A DNA stretch of 64,000 nucleotides from Lytechinus pictus (taxonomy: Eukaryota). Location: assembly GCF_037042905.1 (NCBI RefSeq), contig NC_087251.1, positions 12,588,001-12,652,000 on the forward strand, in the 5' to 3' direction. Each line of letters starts with the position of its first letter. Position 1 is the first letter of the stretch. Below, in pieces: positions 39,912 to 54,346 of the stretch. Under the pieces are notes generated by a model. That model made no database searches. It saw only the letters and a program-made list of their open reading frames with translations, and was not told where the DNA came from. Position numbers and translations under genes: made by a program.

Positions 39912-42736
39912 TTAATTACAACTGCTTAAATGTACAGATGTGTTCTCTTTGAATATATTGTTGGTGAAAGAAACAGTCTATGAAATTAATGGAAACAGCT
40001 AATACTGTTATCTATCTTATGAAAATAACTCAAATCATTGTGGAATTTATATTTACAATTTAATCATTGAGGTCCTAGACATAGTGAACTGAAGGCACAT
40101 CATCATACACATGGGACTGTACAAATATATTTCAGTTATTGTGTGAAGCATTGTCATAACCATATTACTAATTATAATTGTATATTATATTCTTTTTCAT
40201 GTATTAAAGTGCATATATTGCCATGAAGTGAGTAGGATATTCAATATCGCAATATCTTTAAACATGTATATTGAAAATTGGTTTACAATTTGTTTGGGTT
40301 TTTATTTATTCATGTAAGAATTACATTTTCATATATTTCCTATCTCAGTGATAAGTTTTAAGTTACAAGGGCTGGTTGCCAGGGTGGTTGCCAGGCAGGA
40401 TGGGTCTAGAATCAACAATGATGTTGGTCAGCTTAACACTGGACATGACACCAATTACTATATATGCCCAACACACCAGTTCCAATATGGTGAGTGTCCT
40501 TATATTAAGGGTAATTATAATGGCCTTGGTAACAACACCATTATAAACATCCCACTAAATTGATTTATAGCTCATCCTATTTGCCCATATTATGCCAGGG
40601 ATGTGTAAATTACAACTATGGACTCTCTCTCTCTCTCTCTCTCTGTTTCATCAATATAAATTTCAACAAAATTTCAATAAGGTTTTCACCAGATGTAAAC
40701 TCATATCTTTCCATGTTCAAATATGACACTTTTCTTCATGAAAGAAAAAAATGGTCTCCAAAGTGGTCTTAGATGGTTAGATGAATTTGTTGACCAGTCT
40801 GACTGAGCTACTGTAAGTTGAAGATGGAGAGTGTTTTCTCATTAGACTTTGATCAAGTAGCCACAAGGGTTTTATCTTACCCATAATATCCTTCCTCTGA
40901 CCCTCCCACACGTAGGGGGAGGAAGGAGGTAAGAAATATTGTATTCTTCTCAACTTTCAGGTTATTAACAGTGCAACCCAAACCGATACCTCTATCATCT
41001 AACCTCTCTCTCTCTATCATTTCCTTTCCTCTCTTTTGTTTTCTATTATTTTACTTCTTTGTACTCAATCTGATGAAGTAGTTTCATCCTTCGAGCATTC
41101 TTTCTCTACAGATAAGATGAGAGACAGTGAGAGGGGGAGGGATGCAGTGATTTTTGTGGTATATATTCAAGCACATTCTCTCGAGTTGGAAGTTTTACAA
41201 TATCCAAATATTTCTCAGCCAACAAACCATCCCAATAAGGCCATGTGCAAGATGATGTTTAATGAAAATGCAATTATAAGGCTAATTTGTTGGTTTCATC
41301 TTGAAATAACAAACCAAAGTCTACTTCATTTTCTTTCCTTTAGTGTCCTACTTGTTGCAAAATGAAAGAAAAAAGGAAACAGGAATATTAAGACTCAGAT
41401 TAAAAATACAGTTCATTAAAATTAATAAGAAAGGAGAAAGAGAAAGACAAATGCAACAGAAGAAAAAACAGGAAAGAGAAAAGAGAAACAAAAAGGGAAA
41501 GATAAAAGGATGTAAAATATGTAGAACGGTAGAATAATAAAGGTTTATAACAGGCACTGGAAGAGTAGTAGTAACACGGTTTCCTTCTCGTCTCACTTTA
41601 CATCCCAAAGGAACCTTGAACGAACACAGACCACTGGATCCAAAAACTAGACTAAATTAGCACTTGCGGGCAGGATGTGTGCTAAACAAGCCACTCGTGT
41701 CCAGCACATCTTTTTTTTCTCCACAACCATGCTCAGAATTTCATCTTTTAACCACATGATAAGACTCCTGGCACAATAACGATCCTTTTACAGTATGTTA
41801 TAAAAATACATCTTTCATTAAGTGGTCTGTAAATTTTAATAAAATATAAGAGCACCAATTTTTTTATTACTTTTTAATATATAGTGCATATTGTATACTG
41901 ACAGAATACAAAGTAAAACACAATCTATTATTATCGATTCTAAGGGTGTGAATCAAGAAAATAAAAATTAAGGTTAAAAGGGTAATACCGTAATTTGACA
42001 TGAAAATTATGAAAAGAATGCATTTTCTTAATAGTTGGCAGCTCTTAACAAAAGCAGGCTTTGTTTTAAAAGTATACAATATTCACATCTACCTTAGATA
42101 AAAAATCACTTTATATAAAATCAATTGTAATTTTCTTCTTTTTGTATCAAATCCATTCATTCTTTTTTAACATTGATTGTTGAAATAATTATTCTATTAC
42201 AAATACCGAAAAATATATTTTTAATGATGAACCAGTCAAAGCTTGATGTGGCTACTAGTTATTCCATTTTTTTTCTTCTCATTCTCCCTCTCCTGCTCTC
42301 AAGTATTATTTTGCTCTCACTTCCATCTTTTACCTATACTTAAGTTCCCATCTCTAATTTTCCTTCTTCTTTTGCATCAACCAGAAACACTGGCTTAATG
42401 TTGTTTTTGTAAATATGAGCTACATGAAACTTGTTTTTTTAATTAAAGCATGAAAAGCTGAAATAAGTTTCTACATTCTTAGGGGGGACAACAGTGATAC
42501 ATGATATACTGCACAGTAACATTTAGAAAGGGGTATTATCCTTCAAAAAATAGATCTAATTTCACAAACATGTTTACCTCTCTATTTGCATCTCAATAAA
42601 GAAAACAACACCTTAAGATATTCAAGTCACAGAGTAAGCTACAACAGTAAGACAGATCATTGCCTTCAACATTTAGAAGCGCTAGAAAACACTGAAAATA
42701 TCTTTGTATATTGCAATGTTCCTCACCACAGCTTTG

Positions 42737-43274
42737 TGAGTGATATTAAACAAATATATCAGGCTTTGAGAAAGTATAGTGGAATTATTTATCTGAGGTT
42801 GGTCTGGCAATTACTATTTTTCCCCGAGGGGCGAAGCCCCGAGGGAAATATAGTAGTTTTGCCAGTCCAACCGAGGATTAATAATTCCCACTATGCTTTC
42901 GAATGAAACGCCTGATATATTTGTTTTATATCCTACTTTTAATAATTTATAACCATAATCTATGCGCTGAGCATGCAAAGTCCTGTTACTTGCATGCGTT
43001 GAATTACCTACTTTTCTCCGAGCCACCGCGCTCAGCGGAACGCAGATTAGTGTCTGCGCTGACGCATCGCGCTGGACTTGCGCGCCCGGGAGAGAGAGCG
43101 CGCAAACCGGTGCGCCGAGATATCCAGTTTTGTGAAATAATGACGTCATAATATTGGTATATCCAAAAATATATCGAGGTCTGACGTCACGCAACATCAT
43201 AGTTGAAATATATTAGGTCACATGATGCTACTTGAACCAATCACTATACAGGATTTACTCTATGTAGGATATAA
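42737..43274. mobile_element. Non-TIR element with long asymmetric hairpin; Crypton-like (tentative)
   Basis: Imperfect ~95-bp arms (42740-42830 and 42838-42936) surround GCGAAGC (42831-42837). TTATATCCTAC (42926-42936) is inverted at the far end as GTAGGATATAA (43264-43274). The interior is CpG-rich. Confidence 0.6.
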
Positions 43275-45404
43275 TTGCGAATGTCCTATGGGATTGTTTA
43301 ATAGAAAGCATCGTGAAGGTGCTAAGATAAACCACTGTAATCATCAAAATAGAAAATACCAATGGCATTTCAGATTAAAATGGTTGGCCTTGAGTCCTCT
43401 CCTTGATTCTAATTTAAGGATCTCTTCCTTTAGATCATCATGTGGGAATGTCAAAAAAATTGCATGTTGGGCGAGTTTCCTTTGGCTTTCACATCGATTC
43501 AGTGAGAATAATCATCACTAAGGTGCATCATCAGCAAACCAAGGGAGAATGTTCCAAATTTTGAGTAATTTGAAAAAGCATTTCATATGAATATTCAAAC
43601 TTATGAAATCTGTAGACAAAGGATCTCGGTAGACACGAAATCAATTGTGTTTCAAGATATGTTTTTTAAGAATCTGATTCAGAATAATTGAGCTAGAATG
43701 AGAGATAAATACATAACAATGGTAGTTGTTTGTACTTTCATTTTCGAACCTTCAGTTATTCTTACAATATTTTCATATCTACATTAGATTGTACAAATAA
43801 TCCTTATGATCCCTCTTTCATTCTTTTTTTTTTGCAGGGGGGAGTTAAATTTGCGCTTGCCGATCTTGCCATGAAATCCGCAAAAATTTCCACTTTTACA
43901 GTATGATATTGAAGGTTTTAAAGACATAAGTGGATGGAGCTGTCTATAATAAAATGTCATTTAAATGAAGAATATACATTCTTATAGTTACACAACCATT
44001 CTTTTTTTCTTTTGAAGGTAAATAAGGGGAATCCAGGATTGAGTCTCATGACATAAAATTCCATGGATCCATCCTTGGTCACTCTGTGGTCAAGCTTCAG
44101 GTATATACCAACTTTTCAATCTATTGAACTGGCCTAATTTTTTAGCAACACACCGTGTGAATTATTCAGTATTGAGGTTCAAGTTTCTAGGTTGACAAAT
44201 TCCTTTTTTTGCCTCTTTCTTTCTTTTTCTATCTCTCTTTTCTCTTTCTTCCTCTTCCTTTTTTTCATCTCTCTCCTTTTCTTACCCTACACCATCTGTA
44301 ATAAGTACTTATCAAGCATGACCATCTTGTACTAATCAGTTCTCCCCCACCCCTTATCCAATTTTCTTCCCTTCCTCTCCTTTGAAATGAATCTGAGCTT
44401 TATAGCTTGGTGAAAATATTTACCTTCATCAAGATTGTGGGAGGAGTTCAGAAGTATACTCCATAGATTAGGTGGGTTGTATTATCATACCTTGGAAGTA
44501 GGCATGTAGTTATTTGCCTCTCAATATCGACAGCTCAGTAATAATCGCTGAGAGTCTTTATCAATAAGCATTCCTAATAATGCTTTTTCAATGCAAGACA
44601 AATGTTTTGGTTTAAAACAATAGTTTTAAACTTGACTTATTTCAGAAAAAATAATAACCAGAAGTGAAATATATTTAAAAATTTGAATATATTAGTTTCA
44701 TATTCATAACTGTTTGTAAAATTGTTTTCAAGATGACAGCGTCAAAATTTAAAAAAAATGCAAATTTGAACAAAGTCTGAAGTTCATATTTTCTGGAGAG
44801 TTCTTATTCCACTTGTATAAAATACCTTTAAAGGAGAATTTTATGTTAAAGAGATCGGTTTGTGCTTTGGTTCAGAATGACATCATATGATGGACACAAA
44901 ACTTTTCAGAAGATCTAAACTTGAATGTGAATTTTGATGTCTGGAATCAACTTTTGTTTTTTCCGGTCGTGTCAGATTTCCTACTCGCCTATCTCAAAAC
45001 AATTGAACTTGATGCAAGTGGTTGGTTCGTGATAATGTTTACGGTAGTGTCGAATATGGTGCAAAAACATGTATCCAATAACATAGAGATGTTACGTTAC
45101 CTGATGTTTGGGGAAACCTCCTGAGAAATAGCAAGCGAGAATGGTTGTCGTAAAGCTCTTCAGATCTTGCCCTGTGGCGCAATGATAATCCAACACCTAC
45201 ATACATTCTCTCTCTCTCTCTCTCCCCTTCTAATTTCGATTTCATTCATCTACATTCAGTCACTTTTTTCTGTGTATCTTTCTCTCTTTTGCTACCTGTC
45301 ATCTTAATGCTCTCATTGTCATATCTTTGCCTTGTCTGTCTCTTTTTTACTTTGAATGCTAGTTTTGATTCTCTCCTTTTTAATAACCATCTTTGTCAAA
45401 TCAT

Positions 45405-45535
45405 ATATTTCTCTCACTCCATTTCTCTCTCTCTCTCTCTCTCTATCTTTCTTTCTCTATCTCTCTCTCATTTCTTCTTCTTCCCCACTCCTTCCCCTCC
45501 TCTTTCTTCTTCTTCTTCTTCTTTCCTCCTTTACT
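45405..45535 (+). repeat. (CT)n/(CTT)n pyrimidine tract
   Basis: CTCT and TTCTTC runs. Confidence 0.85.
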
Positions 45536-46094
45536 CTGATTCACTATCTTTTTTTTCAATAATACCATGGCCTCTTGCTCTATCAATGTCTTTCTCTTCC
45601 CATGTAAGACAGCAATCTTACACAATGGGCTAGGGTACATTTTCCAACTATAGAGTTTCTTACAAGTGGTTAACACGGCAAGTTACTATCTTCCACCTTT
45701 AAAACACATAAATACCATAAAGGCACTGTATCTTTGGCATGTAGAGAGTTAACGTAGGGGATTTGCCAATTATTCACAACAAATCTTGTGAAATTGCAGA
45801 TGCATGAAGGCCCTCTTGAGAGCCTGCGAAGCCTAACCCACATGCAACCACCCAATGGGGTCCTTGGTCGATATCGACATCAGGGAGGTGGAGGGAGGGA
45901 GAGGGGGCATCACTTTGGCTTAAACCAACCACTCAAAGCAATTGGATAACAGCTTTGAGGAGCATTATGGGGTAACTAAAAATTTAACTAAAAATTAAAT
46001 GTATGACAATCTGATAATTGAAAGGTCTCTTTTCAATCAGATTTCAAAAACAAAAGGGAAGGGTGGATAAAGATTTTTTTTAAATAGTAAAGGG

Positions 46095-46280
46095 GGATGA
46101 TAGAAAAGAAGAAGAAAGAAGAACAAGAATAAGAAGAATAAGAAGAAGGTGAAGAAGAAGGAGGAGGAGGAGGATAAGAAGAAAAAGAGGGGAGGAGATG
46201 AAAAATAAAATATTCACAAAGAAAAGGAAAAAATTAAAAGAAAGATATAAGAAAATGAACAGAAAAATAAGATAAAGAAA
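46095..46280 (+). repeat. (GAA/GGA)n purine tract
   Basis: AGAAGAAGG/GGAGGA runs. Confidence 0.85.
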
Positions 46281-49200
46281 TAAATTTGATGAACTTGACA
46301 AACATATATAGCCAGATATGAATTTGGGTAAACACTTCTATGATAACTATACTGCCGCACCAAATACCACAACCATGGCTGGTTTTAATAATGGAAAATC
46401 AATACACTCACAGAAGAGAGTAGACATGATTACATAACCTTTTAACCTAATCTAACCAGTTAGTATCCTCTATAGATACATGCTCGCAAGTATGTAATCC
46501 AATCACTCCTAGTAAAATCAATATGCCGTTTAGATCATAGATGGTAATTTATGCTGCCAGGCAGACAGGTGTTGTTTACAGAGGAGTGTTAACCGATTCA
46601 GGACAGGATTTATTCAAGAAAATAATCAATCTAAAGTAACATTCCTCAAATTGGCAATATTCATTTAAGTTTTATTTTGGTTTCTTTTATTGATAATAGG
46701 GGGTGCAAATTTAAAGAAATAAAAACAAAAAATAAGTTTTCTAGGCAAAGTGCAACAAGCAAGTTTGGATAGCAACAACTTAAATTCCCAGAATACTCAA
46801 ATTCTTCCTGGTTGCGTTCCCCAAAAGCAACATTTGATTGTGTAGTTTTTTTATATATCACCTGAATAATTAGCAATTATAATTTTCAACATCTACTATA
46901 TGTTACAAGAAAACAAAAGTATTAAAGTGCCCTTATAAAATTCCACACATTACCATTTTCTGATAAAGATCAAAGTACTATCATAATATATCCCAAACTT
47001 AACATCATTGTTTCCACAGTTTCATAAAAATGTACGTATTTAGGCTAAAACTCCAGTACATGAGCCTATTAGGCCCACTCTACATCTGCTGAGTGAATGT
47101 CAGTCCCCTTTCTTACTGCCACATGGTAATATTCTTGACTGGTTTTGAGCATCATATAACCTTGTGAATTTTGGGATCAGGTGTTACATGTACATCTTAA
47201 TTCCATACTTCAATTGGCAATATGATAATCAAGCTTATATCCTTAATTTCAGAATATCATACAACATGGCATTTTTCAAACCTGGTTTTTTTTTCATAGG
47301 TGTTGTACAACCTCCATCTATCCAAAATTCTGATTAAACCTCATCAAGATAAACTTTGGAATAAATGGTAGTGGACGGTAATTCATGAAAATGAATTTCA
47401 GTATCGATCCATTATACATGTTTATTTTTACTGACATATTGATGAAATTTTCTAATTTATAACTACTCTACTTCGTCTCTACCAATTCAAATCAACTTAA
47501 TAGTGGGATAGACTTCGCCTTTTGCTGAACCCATCTACGGTTCTCCTAAAAAGGTTATCTGATGCAAGTTTGAAAAGTAGTGAATTATTGATGTCTTGAT
47601 TAGGAAATGAAAATGGGGTTTAGAGTAGAGGTTCCCTCACGAGGCATACCCTTGACTGATCCCCCATACTTCTTACATTCAATATGAGTAAATACTTTCT
47701 ACTCTTCTATCAATCAATGGCAACTAAAGAAAATTAAATACAATTTGATTTTGAAACAATCAGAGGTGAATATCTTTTACTTGTGCTTGATTGGCAACTC
47801 TTTCTAAAAGTGGCCCTAGGTCATTAATCAAATTCAAACTCAAATTTTTTCAGGATGTGAGTGGTATAATACTTCCTTTATTATGGGTCGATACCTGAAC
47901 AAAATCAACCTTTATTGAGACAGAATTAAGTTTATAAACTACAATTGGTTTACAGTTACTTAAAAATTAGTTTAAACTACTACAGACTCATCCCCAGATA
48001 TAGGTTACGTTAGATCGTTTCACAAAGGAAATATTCAATCTGATTTTTTTCTACAAATTTTAGACATAATATACATGTAAGCCTATAATCTCAAAATGTT
48101 ATATTGAAACACAAAAAGCAAAGTACAAAAGAATGAAACCACAGCTATATATGTGATGCGACATGCATGGATAATATAGCTCGCAATTGTCCTTAAATAG
48201 TTCACAAATCTTTAGTTATCAGATGTAGTACCAATACCATTTTTTACTCTTAACCTATTAGAGATGATTCAGCGCATCCAGGTCCTTGCCCACTATTCCT
48301 GGCTCATGTTAAACACATGTGCCCCTTGGCCGAAAGTCACACACTAGTCAATCTATTTTTCCATCACAGAATTATTATCTGATCAAAATTTTGAGCATGT
48401 AGCTCTGCATTATTGATTTTTCTATGGGTGCATTCAACCTACTTCCCAAAGCCAACATCACAAATATGCATCAAATACAAAATACCCAAAAAAAAGGGAA
48501 AAGCATTTTAACAACTCTTCATTTTTAACAATTCTTAACTCTGCAGTTACACACAATTTTGACTCAGGAATGACAATGACAACTTGACACAATTCAACTT
48601 CTACCAGGCAGAAGGCTACTTTACTACAATGATGTGTTAATGTAACAAGTAAGATCTCTAAATGAAATATTATGAATTACATTCATAATATTTAATGGAT
48701 ATTTAGTGGACATGGCTTGCACAATCACATCATACTGTTTTGCTGCACAACAGCACTTTCGACTAAACATCTTTGAAAAACTGTGATTCTAAGATATTCT
48801 TGCTTGAACACAGCCTCTGCGACAGGCAAAGAAGGGCATTGCCTTGCAATAGAGAGCCTACATGATGAGAATGTATGATGAATATATATAAACAACCCTT
48901 CTACATTCACTTTCTCGTGGCATGGCACTCCAATATGTCCTGAAGTTAATTTCCATCACCTGATCATACATAGAGCCCTGTTCACACCCGAATATTTACC
49001 AAGCTCATGCAGGTAATTAAAATGCTTTTCACACTCTCTAGCAAATTAAGCTTAACTTGGAAATTAGTGAAACGGGGGAGGATTAAGCAGGATTAAGTTA
49101 AGCCATCTCCTACACAGTTTACCTTATAATACCAAAGTTGGTCAACCCCCACAATTTTCATAATACAGATATATTTGACTTTGGAAAGGTAAAGTTTTTA

Positions 49201-52200
49201 CCATAGCAATCACTGTGCTAAGTGTGTCAGTTTGGAAAGGAATTACCGTACCTGGTGAAAGAGCCAGAAGCCGGCAAGGACAATAGGTAATATTAATAAC
49301 GAATAATCAAGGGCAAAGATGAGCTATATACTTAGGTTTTAAAAGAGTTACAGAACTTCAAGTAACATGTGTGAAGTAAAAAAATTATAGTTCAGGGGCA
49401 AGAAACTTTGGTGTAGGAATAAATTTACTTCAAATTTGAAAATGAGATGTAAAAAATGGAAATCAAGCTTGGGACAATAATGGAGAAATAAGTTTAATAG
49501 AATAAGTTCTCATCTTGAAATTTCCAAAATTAAGCTGCATTGTTTTTTCCTCACAGACATATCATGAGACTGAAGGAATGCATAAATGCACCATCTCAAT
49601 TCCCAATTTTCATAAGTTTTTCAAGTGAGAGAAAAGGTCTTGCCTCGGGTCTCGGTCTCTCGTCTTCAGATTAGAATTTAGATACCTAGCCATGAAATGT
49701 ACAACTATGTATGAGTGAAATACAAGCTGAAGAACATTCAATTTGATACTCTACACCTTCCTCTGCCCCCTGTTACATCAAGTAGAAATATTCAAATCTG
49801 AGCACCTGGTGACAGGTTGCGAGAGACTGAGAATAAATTAGTTTAAAGTTTAAGTTTCCTATCTCTAAAATGTGTTCAAGTACTGAAATACAAATCCTGA
49901 AAAATTCCGAGTATTTAAATCATCTATAACAACAAAACATGAAAGGAAGACCATGCACTTGAAAAAAAAGTTTTTCAAAAACAACAAATTCCACATTCAA
50001 TGCTTGGTTCCTTTACTTTTGAAAAGGGTAGGCTATAAAAAAGAAACACTTCTCAAGTTAAAGACAAAATCTCTTCTCTGCTTCATCGAGAATACTGCTT
50101 GACTATAAAGCATGCTAAAGAAGACCACGTTAAGGCCCCCATTGAGGCTGCATGGATGTTGCTCCATGGCAACCAACCTCCTCCAGCTCATGAATTTACA
50201 TGAAGGTATTTTGGCCTAGGAAGGGCATCATCCTCAGATAAGCATCCAAGGTTAATAGAGGCCCAGTCAAAGGCCAATCTTAACTTGCGTTCAGACCAAC
50301 AGATCAAGGAGATATCATCTCTATCTCCTTGAACAGATCCTACAATTTAAAATGACTTTCAATACAATATCCATCTTTTAATTATTTATGGACTCAAATA
50401 TGTATAGTAATCAATAAAAACATGAACAGGTATAATAAACAAGTGATATTGCCTATAATAAATCAGTGGAATATCTTTTAAAAGAGAAAAATATATCATA
50501 TGATATCAAATGAAACATAACTAAACCACCCCAAACATATACATGTATGTACTATGCTCCATTTTCAGGCAATCCACATTTCCTTCTCATCAGTCACATG
50601 CTAAGAATGCTACAAAGTATTGACAATGCACTATGACATCCCTCATTAATGTTAATCTGTTCCAAAAAGCCATATTCCTCACTAATTAAAGCTCAAATCA
50701 CTGCTCGAACACACTCCAAATCAAGTTGCCCCCCCCCCCCACCCCTAGGAGCTCACTTTCATTGAAATCTTCTCTTGCATTAAGGAGGACGTTACCTGAG
50801 ACAATATCGCAGAATGAGAGAAAGAACAAGGTGAAGACAAGATATCTGAGATTAACACTGCAGGCATACCATCTACTGTGAGCAAAGGAAAGAAAGACAG
50901 GAGCAGCTTATGGAGGCTCCTTATCAGTGTCATTTTATATGGCCTTTATCTGCGAAAGGTAATCAAAGGTGTTCCAAGATGGCAAAAGTGAGAAAAGAGC
51001 TTTAGAAAGTGGGTCGCACAAGGTCTCAGCGATATCCACTATCCATGCCTACGGAGCAATTTAAATAACTTCATTAAGAGACGAGGAAGGGCATGATAGA
51101 GAGCCATCTTTTGATCAACGGTAAGTAGTAATTTACACTCGTCAGAAGAAATTAATCCATAATAAGCCACCTTCTCAAGTCAATTACAATTCTAAGATCA
51201 CAAATGGAATACTTGATTCTAAGAGTGAGAGGGTGAAGAATTATCGGGACAGCCTTTGCTACTCCGGATCTCAATAAAATTATACAATTTTGAAGTTTTG
51301 AACTCTGCAAGATATCTGGCATGATTTCATTATACTTTCATACGTTTCAGTGTGACATAACTGGTTTTGTCAAGAATCGATCTCAAAGATACTGCAGAGA
51401 GGCATAAGAAGTGGGCTTTCACTGGAAGAAAGACAATTTGCTCTTTGCATCAATGAGCCTTTTGGCGGGAAGCAGATGATTTCAGCTAAAATAATGCTCA
51501 AATGATATTGAACAACATACACAGTGTTACATGTACTTGAAAATCAAAATGCAAATGGTATTTTCTAAGCACTTGTAAACCGGGCGCAAAAGAAAGCCAA
51601 TATCCTTTCTTTGTATCATTGTTTCCTGTTGATTGAAGAAAGAGACAAGCTACCAAACCATACTGTTTCTCCCTCAGTTCCCTCTTATTCACCCCTCATT
51701 CTTTCTCTCTTTTGCCTCAAAAGATGCTGATTTGATGCAAAAGCATGATCGGGATCAACGGCTCAGCTTTCCAGTAAATTGTGGCGGAGTGTAAATTTAC
51801 ATGGCCAAACATGATGGATGGTACTTGAATTCTAGTCTTCTATTTCATCTGAGGTGATGAACATGATATGTGCATTGAATATAGATGCTTTCAACAAATT
51901 GTTGAGGATGTATTTGGAGGTGAAATTATCCTTGGTCTCCCTCAGTATCAAAAGATCTTCACTTTTTGAAGAGTTGAAGATCACTTTTGCAACATTCTTG
52001 TAAACAAAGTGCTATCGGTGCTTTTGAAAAAGTGTAATGTTCCAATCCCAATCATTTTCATATCATTCTTTAATTTTTTATAAGAGAAAGTATTTTGTTA
52101 TGATGTGCAATCAGAACACAATTTCAATACCAAATATTGATATTGAATCTTTATTTCATCTTCCGATAAATTACTTGTTTTTAATTTTGTCTTTCCTCTT

Positions 52201-54346
52201 ATGAACTACTGTTTCTTGGAACTCACTATCCTCAATAAATTTCTTCTCCCTCCTCCCAACTCTCATTTTTCCATCCTTTCTTTCTTTAATATTTCTTTGA
52301 CCATTTATTTTCTCTTAAGTCTTTTCAACTATATTCCTGCTAGCTCTTTCCAAAATATCCATTTTATAATTACCTTCCATGTTTTTATGTTCCTTTTATC
52401 TTTCTGCTCCTATGAACATTCTTTTCAACTTTTCTCTTCTCTCATTTATTCATTCTACCATTTTCATGTCTTCTATTTGCATGTTCCTTCAATATCAATC
52501 CCATATCTCCATTATCAAATTCAAATTGATTATATTCTTCACTTTCCTTTTAAAACTTTTAGGTTCAATTTTCACTTTGTTTCTTTCCATTCATTTTTTT
52601 CCTTATACAGTAGAAATCCAACCTTTTTATTCACACTTTTGTCAATTTTCCTACATTCCCTAAGTCTTCCAATCTCCTTCCCCTATATTTCAATTTTCAA
52701 ATCATCAATCTCAAATCCCTCTTTCTCATGATCATCACTTTCCTTTTAATTCCTTTCTTTTTCCTCTTGATTCATTCTCTTCCCTTTCTTTCTACTCCTA
52801 CATTCTTTTAATCTCCTTCCAATATTCTATCATATCCATCCTTCACATTCTCCGATCTGTCTATCTATGACTCTGACCATCTATATCATCAATATCATTC
52901 TCACTATCATCCAGAGTACATTATTATGCATATATACATACAATGCATTTCAACCATAACCCAAATTTGTATCCCATATCATTACAAGTACATGTATATA
53001 TCAAGTTATCACCAGAATTACTAATACCTTAAGCTAAACTATCCATTTCAAGCAGATCATTGATACGCACACATACCAACATCTTAAACATATCCAAAAG
53101 TCAGACTTGTTATTGTACAACAACATTCAAACAAACTTGTTGCCACGTATCTCTGACATAGCAAACACTTAAAGACTTTCAACTGCTTTGATATCAACAA
53201 CCAGATAAACAACACTCAGGTCTCGAGAGCAAGCCCTGTCTTAGTAGAACACAAAACAACTCGGGGTTCCTCCTCAAATAGTATTCCCGCATTGACAGAT
53301 AATGTGACAGTGCATATTGCCGATATCTCAGCAGCGGAATTCGGGCGCTCGTGTTTCTAGGGAAAGCGGTATCACGTTTCTCTGAGATCCCGGTGCAACA
53401 CTGAATATTCCCTGATGGAAACCAAACTCCCGCTACCCTGTCAGGGAGGTTGAATTGTTGTTGTTTCACATCCCAATTAGTTCTTTTCAGAGCTCATGAC
53501 GATATTTGAACAACATTCCCATCACCACATACTTCTGTAGAAGCTTCAATAATTCATAAATTTACAGGCCAATAGCAACTTATTCTACAATACCAAAGAA
53601 AATTTATAAGAAGAATAAGATGTTTTTATCCTTATAGAAACAATTGTTGAATATCCCTATTCACAAAAATACATATATTTTAAAGTCCCACGAACATCAG
53701 CAAAGAAAAGAAAATGTGAAAATTTTATTTCTGGAAAGCTGTGTAGTTGAAGTAGTTCCCCAATCCCTTGTAAGAAAATAAAACAGGATTACAAAGAAAT
53801 CACTGTGAATATATTTCAATGATTTTGTATCCATTGCTTACAATCCCAATTTTCTATAATGAAAAAATAGGGAGGATTTTGCATGAAATATATAAAAAAC
53901 CATATTTTTCAATGGAGTGTGAAGTAAAATAATAAAAACGGAGGAAAAGAAAAATAAAAAAAAGTTTCATAATGTAAAGTACATTATTTAATTATTGAAA
54001 ATTGTTAGGAAGAGTACAATTCTCAATTAAGATTACTATATCTTATATTCAATTCTACATTATGTGACCTGAAATATATACCTTACATGAAATAACAATT
54101 ATAGTTGAAAACATGCAAAGCATGCAGGGGTGTAATCCCAACCGAATACACTTATAAAAAAAATATAAAAACTACAGCTATTACTAAGCTTGTTTTCCCA
54201 CCCCCTCCCCACCTCCATGATTAATTTAGCACATATCCACACCAGATACATAATTGATTTTACATTTGAATTTTTTCTTGTTGGTTTATTGTTTGTTTGT
54301 AAGACCTAACTTGTGATCATTACTCGGGAGCACTGCAATGTAAGGT

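Noticed and set aside
45101..45171. Possible minus-strand exon QDLKSFTTTILACYFSGGFPKHQ (CAG acceptor, GTAACG donor), faintly like kinase subdomain IX
   Set aside because: The polypyrimidine tract is weak, the motif spacing is off by about two residues, and no intervening subdomain VII-VIII exon was found. It would need RNA-seq support.
6334..48566. About ten AP-1-like TGA(C/G)TCA sites
   Set aside because: The count is close to chance expectation for a 7-mer in 64 kb of this composition.
48973..49265. Possible old MITE (GCCCTGTTCACAC / GGTGAAAGAGCC)
   Set aside because: The terminal match is too short and degenerate, and there is no TSD.
50796..50875. Minus-strand exon-like segment with good acceptor and donor (one frame reads PAVLISDI)
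   Set aside because: Joined to the phase-0 donor of the kinase exon it starts with TAG, and the kinase-like frame is out of phase.
52201..52731. 176-aa F/L/S/I-rich ORF (similarly 3065-3538, 1720-2076 and 45289-45633)
   Set aside because: These arise from pyrimidine-rich low-complexity DNA that is depleted in stop codons.
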